Below are positions 9,353-24,563 of a stretch of DNA of 64,000 nt, piece by piece; position 1 is the first letter of the stretch; each line of letters begins with the position of its first letter. The notes beneath the pieces were generated by a model that worked only from the letters and a program-made list of their open reading frames with translations, ran no database searches and had not been told where the DNA came from. The stretch spans positions 119,536,001 to 119,600,000 of the forward strand of contig OZ024740.1 of NCBI GenBank assembly GCA_964016885.1. The letters run 5' to 3'. Both the position numbers and the translations under genes were made by a program. This DNA comes from Eledone cirrhosa (taxonomy: Eukaryota).

Positions 9353-9974
9353 TTATTTATACATTTCTCTGAAGAAATGAATAAATTACCAGCATGGATG
9401 ACAAGTTAAATTTTTATTTAAACAATACAAATATCAATTATATATTGCACCTAATATATAATCATACAAATGTATACAATGAGTTTACATATTACAGGAT
9501 GTTTTTATGTCAAAGAGAGAACATCTACTTGGTTGAACTGCTAGAAATAGCCAAATCTTCCTGAATCATCTCCTGTTTTAACAAAAAAAATGGACATATT
9601 AGATCATACACATTGCCTGAAAAACTGCAGGATTGTCATGGCAGGAATATTTATTCTGTAAATATCCACTTGCTTCATTTGTATGTCAATAATATGGCCT
9701 TTCTCCAGGTTTCAAAATAAGATTTACTCTTTGTCGACAACCAATTGTAATATTCAAAAATAAGAATGTGAGAGACCTGCATGAATATGAGAGAATTATT
9801 GGAAGGTTTCTTCTTTACGTGATTGTATTTCCAGCTGCACAGCCATACATTTGCATAGCCAGCCATCATATTAATGGCATGAAGATTATTTTTATTTATT
9901 ATGTTTTGATTTGAAATTTGTCTCAAGACCAGAGGCTCCTCATGTCAGAATTTATTCCAGTTTCATTGGTGTTA

Positions 9975-10420
9975 AATGACAGAGAATAAAAGACTTTCCT
10001 GGATGGGGCAACAATCTGTTGAAACATTGTTTTGACTTATTTGTATAACTGAGTGAACTGGAGCAATGTGAAATAAAATATCTTGATCAAGGACATAATG
10101 CACTGCCCAGTCTTCTTCATTTTCTTTTTGGGAAGAGTGTCGGGGCAGAGTCCTCATGCACACGTTCCAGTGGGTACTGGCATAAGCAACCATCTCCAGC
10201 CATCCAGCTGGATCCCTAAGTGTGACCAGCCGAGCTCATGGATGTTATCCAACTATCTTGTTTGAGTTCTATCTCTGAATCTCCCACTGGTTAGTTTTGC
10301 TGTAAAATCTGTCCAGTGATTCTTTCCCGAGACATTCTAGCCACATGTCTGTAATATGGAGCTGTAATCTCTCAATTCAGAAAATAATAGCTCTAGCTAT
10401 TGAGTAATATTATTCCAAAG
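9975..10420 (-). mobile_element. Degenerate RTE-type LINE 3' fragment (second family)
   Basis: Similar to 37870-38200 and 43350-43660 (RIERLQL... motif, shared ccgagctcatg segment). Confidence 0.65.
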
Positions 10421-12739
10421 TCAAACTCCTTAATCAACACGCCAGACCAATTTTACCCGAATATGAGTAAACTAATATTTTGGGATGAATTGGTTAGCAA
10501 TTGAAACTACAATTCTAGAAATAAATCCTCCAAAATAGTTAATATTTCATTGATAGCATTACTTTGATCACTTAAAGTTTGGTCTGATTTAATAAAGCCT
10601 GTAAACTTCCCTTTCTAATTGGATGTGACTTAGATCCTTCTGTTTAATTTCCATTTTCTTTTCTGTGAACAATAGAACTTCAAAGAAGTACTACAGAGCT
10701 GATTGTCTATCATTAAATTCATACTTTACTTAGATTATATATTTCCACTTTTTTAAAACACAACTATCTCATATTCAGTTCATCAAAACTCATCAGAGTC
10801 CACTTAACTATGTCTGAGATCTGGTTTGTGTAAAATGACTGATCTTGAAAGGACATATATAGATACTAGAAGCAAGCAACGTTTCTGATTAACTTATTTT
10901 TGCTTCATATAATAACTATCATTTTGTTATCAGAATTGGCTACTATGCTACTTTGCAGACATTCTGTGATATCTTTAACAGGAACAACTTACAAATATCT
11001 TATTCAATCAAGATTTCGACAAACAGCTACATTTACAAAAATCTATTAATTGATCATGTATACTTCGAATCATCCATTACATACCAACAGGATGGAAAAT
11101 ACCAGAAAGACGTATATAGTTATCAACATTTTTACATCGACTTTTTAGTGCTTTTCTATTATAAAATTGGTGACAATACAAACATGATTCAGTATTGAAA
11201 TCATTTTATACTTTATTTTTAAGCATTTCTTCTGGCCATATTTAACCTTTTTTATCTATTTATCGAAAACCCTTCAGTCGTAATTTCATGAAAGAACCTG
11301 TTAAAGTATGTCCCTAACTTTAGCTTTATAATGATGTTATGTTACAAAATTCTTTCAAATTTTTGATTATTTTCAAAATCATAAGCAATGTCTTTCATGA
11401 GAAATATGGTGATGAAAGCGAAGGGGTAAGTTATGATTAGTTACTGAAATGTTATACCATATTATTCTATATTATTATTCTTCACTTATTTGTGGTAAGT
11501 CCACTTTTATTACCTTTCTATGATTTCCCAATGCTAACAGAAATATTGTTCAATTATTCAATTTATAATTTCTTTTTTTTTTCATGAAGATGGTACAATT
11601 TCGACACCACGCATCCAAGCTTTTATCTAGATCCATCATTTTTTCAATATTCACTTCCAATCTTCCAATCTTTTAACAGTACCCAGCATTGGTGCAATTT
11701 CTACCTTTTCATTGACCTAATCTCTAGCTTCCTGCAGCATAATTTCGTCAAAAACGAAAGATTTGACTATAGAATAAGTCACCAAAACAGTTATGAATAA
11801 TATTTCTTCCACTGCCTACTGTAAGATAGATATAAGAATACATAGATCCAGGAACAATGAAAGTCTTGTGATTGAAAGATGGAAGCCTGATAAAGAGAGT
11901 GTATCTGTTTGTTTCTTTTTGAGGGTTATAGAAACCTTCGTTTGTGTAATAGACAAATCCTTATAGAGACTGACAGAAGGCCATTTGGTATTTGTTTGCA
12001 GCTATTTACATTCTAAGTTTAAATCTCATCTAGAACAACTTTGTTCTTCATTCTTCTGAATTTGATAAAAAAAAGTACCACTCATGTCTTAGGGTCAATT
12101 TATAATCTTAATACATTCTAGAAATGAATGGAAGTATAATTTGAGATATATTTCCTTAAGTTTTCATACACATACATTCTTATGTTCAATACTTCACAAC
12201 TTAAAACACAAATTCCTCTGTATTACTATTATAGTCAAAAACGAAATTTTGCTGACGCTTCTTTCTAGACAATGCTGTAAATAATAATTCTTTTATTCAT
12301 CACATTTCCCAAGTATTGAAACTCACTGTTTTCTTTTGAAATTACATTTTTATAATTTACTACATCTTATCTCATGCGATCATCTTGTGACCAAAAACTT
12401 CAAAAACAGACACTTTACCTCATACTTCACACATGTGTAGTTACCAGTAAACCGAAGGAAAACTTTTTACCAAAAGTAACATTTTTAAGGAAGCTCTTGT
12501 TTTTTTCTCATTTTTATTCTTCATAATCCAGTTGAAAAGAATACTCCAAAATATACAAACTACACAACATTTAGCTCATTTACTTCTACATCCACCACCC
12601 TAAAACCAATTTACTTATGACATTCTTACCCAATAAGAAGGGTAAGAATATCGAACTTGCCAGAATAGAGAGCTTGCCAGACAAAGGATTGGGAGGACCC
12701 ATTGGTCATGTCAAGGACCTAACCGATACACACATCCAG

Positions 12740-12997
12740 TACATGCTGTAAAGTGGTTGGTGACAGGAAGGGCATCTAGCCATAGACATCTTGCCAAACA
12801 AAGGGTTGGGAAAACCTTCAAGTGTGTCAAAGTCATGACACCCTCTCCTGTGCACTTGGTGGAACATTGACCCTACAGAAGCGAGACATAGGGCCTGGGA
12901 GATCAATGGCTTCACTTCATTACTGAATTGGTCTATGTAGACCCATCTAACCCTTGCTATAAGGGAAAGCAGACGTTAAAACAATGATGAATGATGA
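12740..12997 (+). mobile_element. RTE-like 3'UTR/tail remnant
   Basis: ctgtaaagtggttggtg...ggaagggcatc and cccatctaaccc...gacgttaaaacaatgatg match 6835-7013; related remnants at 13870-14075(-), 22890-22990(+) and 62225-62390(+). Confidence 0.65.
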
Positions 12998-14151
12998 TAT
13001 ATGAGAACATGTAAAAAGCAAAAACCTGTTCACTATAATGCAAAACAATAAATTCCAATCTAAAAACTATTAAGAAGAAACAGCTTTAAATGAGGACAAA
13101 GAGGTAAAAAGATAAAATGGAAATGGAATTCCAAAATATAATAACGAAAAGTGGGAAATAAAAAAACTACCTCATGGATCCTTCAAGATGTATGTTGACC
13201 TCCTCCACAGTAAAACCAAACCAAATTGATTGTTAGTAAGCATATGCAGACACAAACAAAAATGTCTAAGCATGAAGCTTCTTTTCCACCCCATGGTAAT
13301 GGGATGGTTGTTCAAATATTCCAAAATCTTTTATTAAAAAAAGAACATCCTTCTCCAAATATTTCTCCATAAAATAATCTCAGAAGGAAATATTACCTAA
13401 GCAGAGGTCTGTGAAGCTTGAACATCCACAGCATGAAAAACAACTCCTTAATTTTCTTAGAAGAGGTTGAGAAATTCATAATAAAGAATTGAAATGATCA
13501 AAATCTGGAACATGCCAATAATAATTAGACATCTATGTATAAAAACAGAAATATGAACAAAAAGATCGAATATCGTACTAGGTTTCACAACTTTACACAG
13601 TTCAAAAATAGCCCTGTTAGGTATCACCTACAGCTTGCACAACTCAAATAATATATTCTCTTTACACAACATTCACCATATACAATCAACCAATAAAATA
13701 ACACAACCCACACAACACATACTCTGCTTAATAAACACTCAATGACATGACACCGCACATATCTTATATAATGGATATCTGAGGCTGTACAATTCTACAT
13801 AATATTCACCCAGTGATATAACACAACTGATATAGAATATATTCTTCACAACCATTCATATTCATCATGATCACCATTTAACATCTATTTTTGTCCATGC
13901 TTTCATGCATTAGATCTGTCATCCATGTTATGAGACAGGTCTGGCCAGCTGGTTGTGCAGTACTTTGATCAAATGGAACTGTATTTTGACTGGGGTTTTT
14001 TACAACTGGATGCCCTTCCTAACACCAACCATGCTTACAGTGTAGAACTGGGATGCTTACAGTGTAGAACTGGGTGATTTAAAGAGAATCACTTTTGAAA
14101 ATGAAAACAATCATAACATATATTTACACATTTTCTCAGTCATAAATTTAG

Positions 14152-14400
14152 TGAAGGTGGATGGCCTAGTTGTAAGGGTGTTGGAGTTTCATTCATAATG
14201 TTGTAGATTTGATTCCTAGACTGGGTTGTATGCTGTGTTCTTTAGCAAAACCCTTCCTGTTGCTCCTGTAGATGGGGGTTTAACAATACGTTGGACTGAT
14301 GTCCTGTCCAGTGAGGAGTCTTGTACGCTCAGTTGCTTAATGTCACAGAAACTAGGAGACGCACTGTCCTGATGAGCCTCCAGGTTTGAGACAGACTTTA
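14152..14400 (+). mobile_element. tRNA-derived CORE-type SINE family B, degenerate
   Basis: Matches the reverse complement of 53241-53530. Confidence 0.75.
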
Positions 14401-17400
14401 CACTTTAGATAAATTGTAGTGTAAAATGTAGTCAATTGGCACTTGATTTTATAGAAGGGTTATTGGTATATCTGTTTCCAGAGAATAAATGAATGTGGTT
14501 ACTGCACAGAATTTTGTCTAGCTCTCTACAGACTTATGTTTATTTTACACCATTTTACAATAATAATATTTTTATTTGCTATAAGAACTATATTGGTATA
14601 AATATTACAATACACTACTAACAATATAAGGTATAATATATATTTACTTAATCTTAGTTTGTTGTTTGTGCTTGCAATTGAAATTCAGTGGCACAACCAA
14701 AATTGATTCATCCCGCTTTCTCCCACTCTCTCTTCCATTCACTATCTTTAAGTAAGCTTCATTAATATACAAGCATTGAATTCGAGTATGTCTTCAAATG
14801 GCTTTACATATACATTGATGTACAAGATTTCTTTGATGGTTGATAATAATCAAAGGTGTAATTATTTTCCATTCCATTGAAGACAACGGCAAAATCTTTC
14901 TAAATTTTAATATTTTTGGGTTTATCTATTTTGTTGTTATAGTAATGTTTTAGTTCTCTGCTATTAAGATGTATATGATGTTTCATGGCAACAATAAACA
15001 GGACACTACCTCCATAGAAAATGAAATATATAAATGTCTACAAATTATACAGTTAGATTATCCAAATGGAAAGGATATTATAATTGGCAGCTTCTGGACA
15101 GAATAATGATTAACATTATTAGAACTACAGTAATCACTGCTTTCAACCCACTTTTACCCAACTCTACAATCTATTGTTTGAATCGTTGGTGTGCTCATAT
15201 ATTTATCAATTTTCATTATATTCATTAATATTTATTGCTATTCCTTTTTAATGCCTTATTTAATGCACATAAGTACTAAAGAACCAAAATATATAAAGAT
15301 CTCGTTTTAAATTGCCTCCTACAATGAAACGTTTATATTTCTAAGAAAGAAAATCAGTTTTATGAATGATATCAAATATTAGCAGTTTAAATGAATGAAT
15401 ACATCTGAGAAATTTCTAGTATTTATTGTAAAATGTAAAACCAAAATATATTTATGTTATTTAATGTTAACATCAATTTATATTGTACTAGTATTTTTGA
15501 CAAAACCCAGTAATGCTGTTTTCTTTACCTCAAATTCAAAATACTATTTTATAGATCTAAAATAATGTTTTTTGTTCTAAATTATGCAGTTTGTCAGGCT
15601 ATACTCTAGCATTATTTAGTAATGAGATGGCAGATAAATAATTGTATAAATTAAAATGTTTCTTCTAGTCAACATGTTTGTCAAAGATTGCACATCGATG
15701 TTTAGTTATTGACATTAATAAAGTCATGAAGCTTCAATTGATCTAATCAAAACACTTGTTAAATGTAAACATTTTATGAAGTATGCAGCATAGGCTAGCA
15801 TGCAAATGTACTTTTTTAAATGGTCTCCTCTTTGCCAATCATAGATATTTTATTATTTCTGAAACTATTCACTGTTAAAAGAGGAAATGTATGTTATGGT
15901 AATGATGCAGCATGATTCATGAGTTTAGATTCTCTGCTAAGGGTTTGTTGTCTTTCTGGGTGGGGGTGTGGTGTGCGGATACTATGTCCAACATTGCCAC
16001 AGTCAATAGAGCTTTTAAGGACAAATACCAGATCAAAATGAAAATGTTCAGTTTTGACCATCCTACCATGGAATGTTGACTCTGGTTTGGATTACAAACT
16101 GCATACAATAGTGGTGAATTACTGCCCATTTAATGAACAATTCCTCATGTAAAGACTTCCACCACTAAATGGAAATTTTCCTCAGCCAATAGCAATTTCA
16201 ACCATTTCTATTAACTGTTATTTTAGCATCTTCCTGTTTGATCACAACTGGTTGCACAAACTGCTTCAAATGAATAAACTTTTCATATAGAGTAAATCAA
16301 TTCTTCACACATATTAAGTAGTATATGAGAAATGTATTTGAATAAAAGTTGTTTTATCATACTTACTAAAAGCTTTGTATTCAAGCTAACTTTGCTTCAG
16401 TGCACATTTTGTCAAACTTATCGAATAATTAACACCACAGTCATCATTGCTCTGCCATCATTGTCCAATAATATTGTATTGTTGTACTACTACGATATCA
16501 CTAATGATATAACCATCAGTTTTCCAAACACATATCTTCATCATGATTTCTCACTGATTCAAAAATGCATTTTTGTTATTATGACCCAGTGTTTGACTAG
16601 ATCATAAAGCTCTCACCAAATTTCTACATATATGTATTCCACCAGAATCTTCTCAGACCAACATTGTCTTCTATGCTCTCACTGGACCTGCAAGAAATAA
16701 ACCTTCCATTTCTAAATCTCATATTATTGACTTGCTAAAAAGAAAAAAAGGAAATATAGTAACAGATATAAACAGGCAGGGATGGTCCAGCCTGGAATGA
16801 TTTTAATCAAGGTGGACCTTCGTTTAAAAACAACAACAACAATTAGAATTCCTCTTGTAAATAATGTTAACACTCACTTTTTTTCAGATGTCTTAATTTT
16901 CAAAATTTTCTCAAATATCTCAATCCGTTCACATTGTATACTATAAAATACTGTTTACAAACCTAACAGTATCTGAGTGAAAATCTATTGTTTCAATAGA
17001 CTGATCAAGTTTATCATTACATATAGAGAATGAGAAATATTACTGATGACAACTTCAACATTCCACAAAACAATAATAACCATTCTGGATTTACTGCAAA
17101 TAGACCATTTTCACAAGCTTCTCAGTACAGTAGTTTAATTTTTATTGTTAAGATATATGTGGGTGAATTCATAATTTGATCAAATGTTCTTGCAGATCCA
17201 AACATAGTTTAGAAAGGATGAAAGAAGAAAAATAATGTTTCATTCTTTGCTCAAGCACATTGGCAATTTACATTGCAAACAAACAAATATTGGACCAGAA
17301 ATTCCCTAAGAAATTAACTTGTCATTTTAACTAGTTAGGTTAGATGTCATAGCATATATTGTAAGGAGTAAGAAAATAATCGTTATTTGGGTATTGGAAA

Positions 17401-17507
17401 TGTATTGTCAAGAGAATTCATTTTTATTGTTCAAGTAGACATCTAAGAATGAATTATTTTCATTTCATGGCTAAATATAACTATACAGTTCTTCGTAAAG
17501 GCAGATT

Positions 17508-17600
17508 ATGAGTTCAAATCCCACCGAGGTTAACTTTGCCTTTCATCCTTACGGGGTCGATAAAATAAAGTACCAGTAATGTACTGGGTAATTGATGGCC
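17508..17600 (+). mobile_element. Partial SINE family A
   Basis: gagttcaaatcccaccgaggttaactttgcctttcatccttacggggtcgataaaataaagtaccag. Confidence 0.85.
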
Positions 17601-18239
17601 TTTATTAGTTTTACTGTTTAGTTATGAAGAGAAAGAAGAGTGATGACCATTACCCTTTTTGGGGACTCCAATATATGAGGAATAAGCCACTTATTGCAAT
17701 TATCAAACTGATGTGAGTATGCTGCTTAAGAGGAATGAAATGTTGCATGCAAGATTAAAGGTTCCACTGGTACACACTGATAATTGTTGGCTGAAGAACT
17801 GCCAGGTTCTAAATGGAAATATACCACAGATGAGGAAGGCTAAGAAAAATGTGTGAAAAAGTGGTGAAAGCTGATCTCAGGAAACTATACTGCATGAAAC
17901 AAAGGAAGCTAGAGAGAGATAAGTAGAGGGAAGCATAGTCAAATAATTGACCATAAAAATGATAATAATGATTGTGATTATATACTTACATACATAAAAA
18001 CAATACTAAAAATTCACAGACACACATAAACATACACAAACAGACACGCAAAAAACCTACATAAAATATTCAGACATGCTAATACACATGGACACATACT
18101 TCAATCAATGATATACAAACCACACACATTCAAAAGCAATAATGCACTCACAAAATAAACTCCATCTGCACACACATAACAACACTCATGACACACCTGG
18201 ACTCTCCACCTCACCCCACCCCTGAATGCCGGACTACTT

Positions 18240-19350
18240 ACCTACCCTCTCAGCGTTTTAAAACTATTTTTTTCAAATTCTGAGAAGATAAAAATAAGAA
18301 TTAAGCAATGAAAATATGGATAGGTGGAAAGAGGGGCAGACTCTACAGCCCAGTCTGAGTGCTGATTTGGCTGTGCCGTGCAGACAAAATTGCAAAGGCA
18401 TTGTAAAAGAATGACCAGTGGCACCCACGGCTGCCCTGCCTGATGGGAATCCTTCCTCAGGTGAGTGGCTCTCTTTTCGATTTTGCGGAGGAAATCCACA
18501 GTGCCTGAACAGAAGAAACCGGAGGTCTTAATGGCAACTGATATGAAAAAAATGCAGTAGGTTAAGCCCGGTATTTGTTTATCCTCTTCTTCATTACATT
18601 GTGAGTGTTGGTGCTTGGGTTTGCAGCGGAAGTGACAAGTTTGGAAGTAGAGAATGAGTTAGAACACATTATGTCCCAGATAGAGATTTACTTCTCTCGA
18701 ATGGGAAGAGAGTTATTTTGTTGGGATGCTAACCCTTACAACAGTCTATACCAGCTGGTTCCAGTTGTGATGGGTGGATGCCTATGTCGAGGCTCCTCTT
18801 GATGACATTGTTTAGAGTGGCATATTAGTGGAACAAGCCTGTACAAAGTTGGCATATAGTGTGTAAAGGCCGAACATATCAACAACAACCCCACAGTGGC
18901 ATTTGTGTGGCTTGCACACACAGAGGCCGGGGTGTTAGGCTACTCAAATGTGAGTGGACTTATCATCAAGAAAAGCATCTGTTGATGAGGAGGGCACTGA
19001 ATTAAGCCACATGCCAGTGTTTGGTTGTGAGACAGAGTGGAGGTATGCTAGACAGTTTTGGGCCAAGGAAGGTTCAATCTGCTTAAAGGAAGACCTGCAC
19101 TCAATGTCATCTTCGCTATGTTGGACATCTGTATATAGGGGGACAGTGAGGGATTTGTCAGCCAGAGCTGACACTAGTAGCTAGGCCACATCAGATTCTG
19201 CTGCTTGTTGAGTATATCATTGATGAGTGCGACTGGAGCAGATTGAAGGATGATAGGCCGGCAGTGCCATATCTGACGTAGATTGGAAGTCAGGTCACTG
19301 ACGTTCCGCTGCTAAAGTGCCTGGGGAAGATATCACAGTGTGACAGTCTT
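18240..19350 (-). mobile_element. Degenerate CRE-like RLE non-LTR retrotransposon, 3' part
   Basis: Across frameshifts: GMWLNSVPSSS..FLDD, CKPHKCHCG..VD..G, LNNVIKRSL..LEP, VAIKTSG..TVDFLRKI, V.LVI..NAFAIL. Confidence 0.65.
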
Positions 19351-19974
19351 TCTTAGTAAGCAATCAATACATGGTTTTTAATCTCAATGTTTCTCTTTTA
19401 GGCCTTAAATTTAATATATTTTTTCTCATTTACTTTTACCGTTATGTAAGACATTGTATTAATTTGAAAATGTATGCTTTATAAATATAATTTCAATTAA
19501 GCTTTTTCTTTGCCTGTTGCTATATTTAAAGCATGCAACTTGCCAGATTATTTTAAATATTTCATTGAATTTGCATAAGATGAAATATGATTTTAATTAA
19601 TGTCCTCATACAAAATCAACTAGAAGCATTCAATACCATCAATACCATAAACATACCTTTCAGCACTAATTATTATTGTCACTGATGTATGTATGTAAGT
19701 TTACCTGCATGTATGTATGCATGCATGTATGAATATATATATGTATGCCTGTGTGTGTGTATGCATACATATATGTATACATATATATATGTATATATAT
19801 ATGTATGTATGTATGTAAACATACCAACATACCAACAAAAGTAAAGGAATACAACTTTCTTGTATGAATGTGTGACTTGGACAACCTATCACAGGATTAT
19901 TCAGTGCCTTGATTTCTACCACCAACATTACCCTGCAAGAAATGTCATGGTAATCTAAAGTGAGAGACGTGAGA

Positions 19975-20520
19975 GTACTGCGGAAGGCCTATATGATAGA
20001 TATAGAGTCCATGATAATGAATCAGCGCCTAAAATAATCTGGACACCTGGTCCTCTTAAAGGATAGCCCCGTGCCAAAACAGGCCCAGTATGGTGAAGGT
20101 GCAGTACAATCTATGAAAACGGTATAAGTGATGACTAAAAGACACAACATTGATACTAGCACATGAGAAAATATTTCATCAGATAGGGGGAGTGGACGAA
20201 ACTGAATGCAACTTATGCTACAGAATACGAAAACAGCCAAATTGTATATGGTAAGTTGAAATGAGTAGGTAAATATTTGGAAGATGTTAGTTGCCTCACT
20301 AAGAAAAGAACAAAAGTCTCTTTGTCTTGCCTTAAATATAGCAAAATTTGCATTTCCAAGGCAAGCCTAATTAGCCACAAACGACGTTATAGAAACACCA
20401 CCATCTACCAAATTTATTTCTCTTGCAACATGTGTAACAAAATGTGTACGTCTGTCAGTGGACTTGGCATTCAAATCTCAGCATACCAAAAGATGAACTG
20501 CTGCAGAAAAAAAGGACATG
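19975..20520 (+). mobile_element. Degenerate RTE/BovB-like LINE 3' end with C2H2-finger relics
   Basis: RLK*SGHLV..DS.VPKQ..YGE, then KICISKASLISHKR and CNMCNKMCTSVSGL. Confidence 0.6.
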
Positions 20521-23039
20521 CAAACTTTGTGGTATGGCATTTGAGTCACTTGCAGGTCTAATTAGTCACATTGAAATCACATCAGTGACAAAATTATCAA
20601 ATATAAGAAGAGTATGAAGTTTTTGAAGTGGTTGCATTTGGTCATGAGTTGACTTCCACCATGTATGTATATATATTCTTGCCTGTTTCTAAGTCCCGCA
20701 GTCACAAGTGACGATTGTCCCCCTTGCTTCTGCTGGACACTACCAGGGGGCGTCAGCCGCGGTGTTTTGCATAACTATGGCTTTCTAAATGTTTACCTGT
20801 AAACATACAGTATTTCTTATGAAATACGAAATTCTAATATATACCTGTATACAGCTATAATATCCTAATTCTCTCTATATATATTATATATATTCTAAAT
20901 GAGCACACATGAAAAGAACAAGAGAATAAAAACAGAAGAATCCCTTAATCGTCAGCTAACTACTAGAGATGATTATGATTTTGTTACTTCGAAAGTTAGG
21001 ATTATTCAATCTAGTGTAGAGGGGATTGCCACAATACAAATAATGTGACAAAAGATTGTACTTTAAGACAGAGTGTAACTTTTCAACAACATATACAAAT
21101 AAAATGGGAAAAATGTACATATAACTCAAGGTGCTTCTAAATGAAAATGAAATGAGATGAAACAAGCTACAGTGTGTAACCAGGAGGAAAGCAAAAGAAA
21201 AAACATTGTAAATTTGGACGTTAATCTTTGGATGAGATAGCAGTGATGTGGATAATAAGAATGTTAGCAACAATCATATATATATATAGAAACAAGACAG
21301 CAATACATAATACAACATTTACAATCTAATAAATGAATTACGGTGATATGTTTATAAATCATATGATGTTTCCATTGAGATATGATAAGTAAATATATTC
21401 GATTGTAAATTAATTGAAATGTTTGATTATGATAATTTCAAAACACAGTTTGTTTTCACTAAGTATATATCAAATTATATGTTTGTTTGTTTTTTGTTAA
21501 CTAATTAGTATATATGTCCAACTGTAATGTTAGCAATTGTATAGATTCTATTATAGTAAACAATTGAATTTCTTGTGTGCCAGATCCTCTAGAGATGGCA
21601 GGATCAGGCGAGTTTTTAGCTCATGCTAAAAGTTACTTATTCTTATTAGGACACATCTTTCCAATCATGTGATTATTTTTGCGTTCTTTCATCTTAGTAC
21701 TTCCCACACAATCTAGGCATGCTGGTTAAAATTATCCAAAATTATCTTCTCCGGGCATCACGTTTTCTTTGTGCCCCTCTCTCTGCATGTGCCATTGTCA
21801 CCAGCTCTAATTAGGCATTTTCATCACTTGCTGTGCGTACGACTTAAATATCGTACATTTAATTCTATTCACGTAATTTTTTGTTTCTTTTGCTTTGTTT
21901 ACATCTTAATACACCAAGGAGTGAGTATGACTATTTTGTCGGACACTGTGACCTCGAATAGACCAGCAGTTCCGTCGACAGGGGTTGAAACTGTATATAT
22001 CCATTTTGACGGCCTATGACTGCAGAGTTCTTTTTGCCTGTTGCCAATACTAAAATGTCACCTATGACGCACTTGGGTTCCATCTTCTTTTGTAAAGTTG
22101 ACTATATATAGATATATAAATCGCATAATCTATAATGGCAGCAGATGAAGGGGACATTGTTTTCTGGTACTTTTTTATGAATTTCTGTGTCTTCTATATT
22201 TTGCACATTTATGTGTAATTCTCTCGCTTTCTCTCTCTAAGGCAATGCATGCGATCATCACCATTTTACAACTGCTTTCCAAGCTGAATTAGTTTTTATT
22301 TGTTCTCATGTGGATGGACACTATATGTATGTATATACATGAATATAAGCAAGTATTGCACCAAGAAAATTAAAACGTCAGCGTGAAGGAGGTTAGAAAT
22401 GTATTTGCTTTAACATTGTCTATTATAATTGTATACATAAGCTAACTATAATATATATTGCTCAGTCATATGCAATACTTAATTATTTATTACACTTTCA
22501 TCAGAAAGAATCTCCTTTACGTCAAAGTTTAACTTTTCTTGATGCAATACTTACTTATATTAATATACTCCGTGATCTCTTCTCGACCTATATAGCATAT
22601 TCGCCTGTTTGGGTATTTATGATATACGATTAAAAGGATACCACCGATTCAAACTTTCTGGTAAGCAGCTTTCTTGTTTAAACATTCATTCCTGATAAAC
22701 ATAAACAAAACCTTATCTACCTTCACACACACATATATATATATATATTCTGTGTTCACATGTGTGTCTGTGGATTAGTTGTTAAAAAAAATCAATAACT
22801 TAAATATCACACATGAATAAATATTTGTCATTTTCCAACCCACCATCCTAAACTATATAATGGGTAGACAGGGCTCGTCAGTCCAGTCAATGGTCAACAA
22901 CCTTTCTAGATTTAGGGCTATGATAAAATAAACCCAGTAAACTTTATGTGTTGGTTGCTGGTAGGAAAGGAATCCATCCACAGAAAACTTGCTGAACAAA
23001 AAGTAGAGAGGACATGTCAGTTGTGTCAAAAGAATGAGG

Positions 23040-23370
23040 AGGGAGCACCGTGAGGTTGGGTTGCTGTTGCAGCGGGTGTCACTGGCCATCGTCCACGGGA
23101 ATGCTTTTGCGTCTTGTCCGCAGCACTTCTTCCCCCTTGCCCGAGGCCCAAAGACCCTCCTCTTCACCATCCCCTCTCTTCTGCGACACTAGAGCTCTTG
23201 CCATCCGCTCACCTTCCCGTCCTCTTTCTTTATCACTATTTTCTATATATTTCCCTATTCTTTCTTTCCTTTTGTTTCCTGTTTTATTTTTACTGTTGCC
23301 GTTATTATAGTTGTCATTATGGTTATTATCATTATTACTGTAAATATTATCATATTTAAATAAATAAATT
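23040..23370 (+). mobile_element. Extreme 3' end of a CRE-like non-LTR element
   Basis: Frame from 23043 reads EHREVGLLLQRVSLAIVHGNAFA (QRxSxAIxRGNA motif), followed by a pyrimidine-rich UTR and an AATAAA-like end. Confidence 0.65.
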
Positions 23371-24519
23371 TAAAGAGTATTTCCCTATTGATAGAGCCAC
23401 AGTAAAATTAATGGGGAACTCTGTAGGATTTGAGATCAGTTGCTCTGATTGAGTACTGACTTGGACTTTGTTGAACCTTCCACTCCTTGCTAGAAAGGGA
23501 CACTAAATGCTCCTGCTGGTATATACGCATAACACACAATTACTTTGATACTTTACACAATATACATTAAGAACACACATGTTTAAACATATACATATAC
23601 TCATATATAATATCGATGCTAATACACATACTTCACTTTGCGTTCCCACTCGTTACTAAAACTACCTGACAGTAGTCTTCTTTATACGTTAATAGATTGG
23701 TTACTATACATATATAAATTACTACTGTTTTTGAAATAAGACTAAAGGCTGATTTACTTTGTTTGTAGAATGTTCATACAATTTAGCAGTATTTAAATAA
23801 TAGTCACCATTTTAGCAGATGGATATAAGAGTAGATGTATCACCACGAAGAATTGAGGTTACGCTGTAAGTCCCAGGTTCTGTTGCTGCTGTGATAATAC
23901 CTCTGGAAAGAATCTTTCCATATCACATTTAAAGGCATTGCTGTGGTAATAGCATCACAAGACTTTACGATGTTTTTATGTAATTTATTAACAAAGATTG
24001 AGCTGAGTAGAGCTGGCATGTCAAAACAAATGAAACAAACGAATTAAGATTTCAGAAGGCACGGTCTACTGGCTGAAGTGATGGCCAGGTCCGTGATTAA
24101 ATTGTTGTGTTACATATTGGCTAGTGATTTCACGGCGAAAGAAAAATAGTTGTTTACCTTTCCACGGTCAAAGCTGCAAGAGAGAGATTTTTTGAGCTGA
24201 CGCGGGAATTTTTCCTGCAGGGCGCATAAAGACACATTCTCCTCCGCTGGCGGCGATTGGCTGCACTGAGCCAAACAACGCACTGAGAATGTATAATTGC
24301 GCCCAAGGAACGTAGGTCACTACAATACTCTTTATTTTCGATTTTCTTCTTTAATTGAACTACCTTTATTTCTGTATTTCCTTTGTAAACCTGCCTCTAA
24401 TTTTGTACTCCTGAAAAAGGGCTAAAGCCCGACACATAGAACATTCTTTACCCTTTTCCATATAAGGGGTGAAGCTAATAAGACTTTGTGCATCTCTGTT
24501 TGTTGTCTCCTTGAATTAT

Positions 24520-24563
<44 letters not shown>

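Noticed and set aside
14031-14074. 22-bp direct repeat and other short repeats as possible CRISPR
   Set aside because: Simple tandem duplication in an RTE 3'UTR remnant; no spacers, no cas genes, eukaryotic context.
15900-16300. Possible decayed LTR integrase on the minus strand (HFHFDL, IRTPHPHP)
   Set aside because: Too degenerate to support without a profile search.
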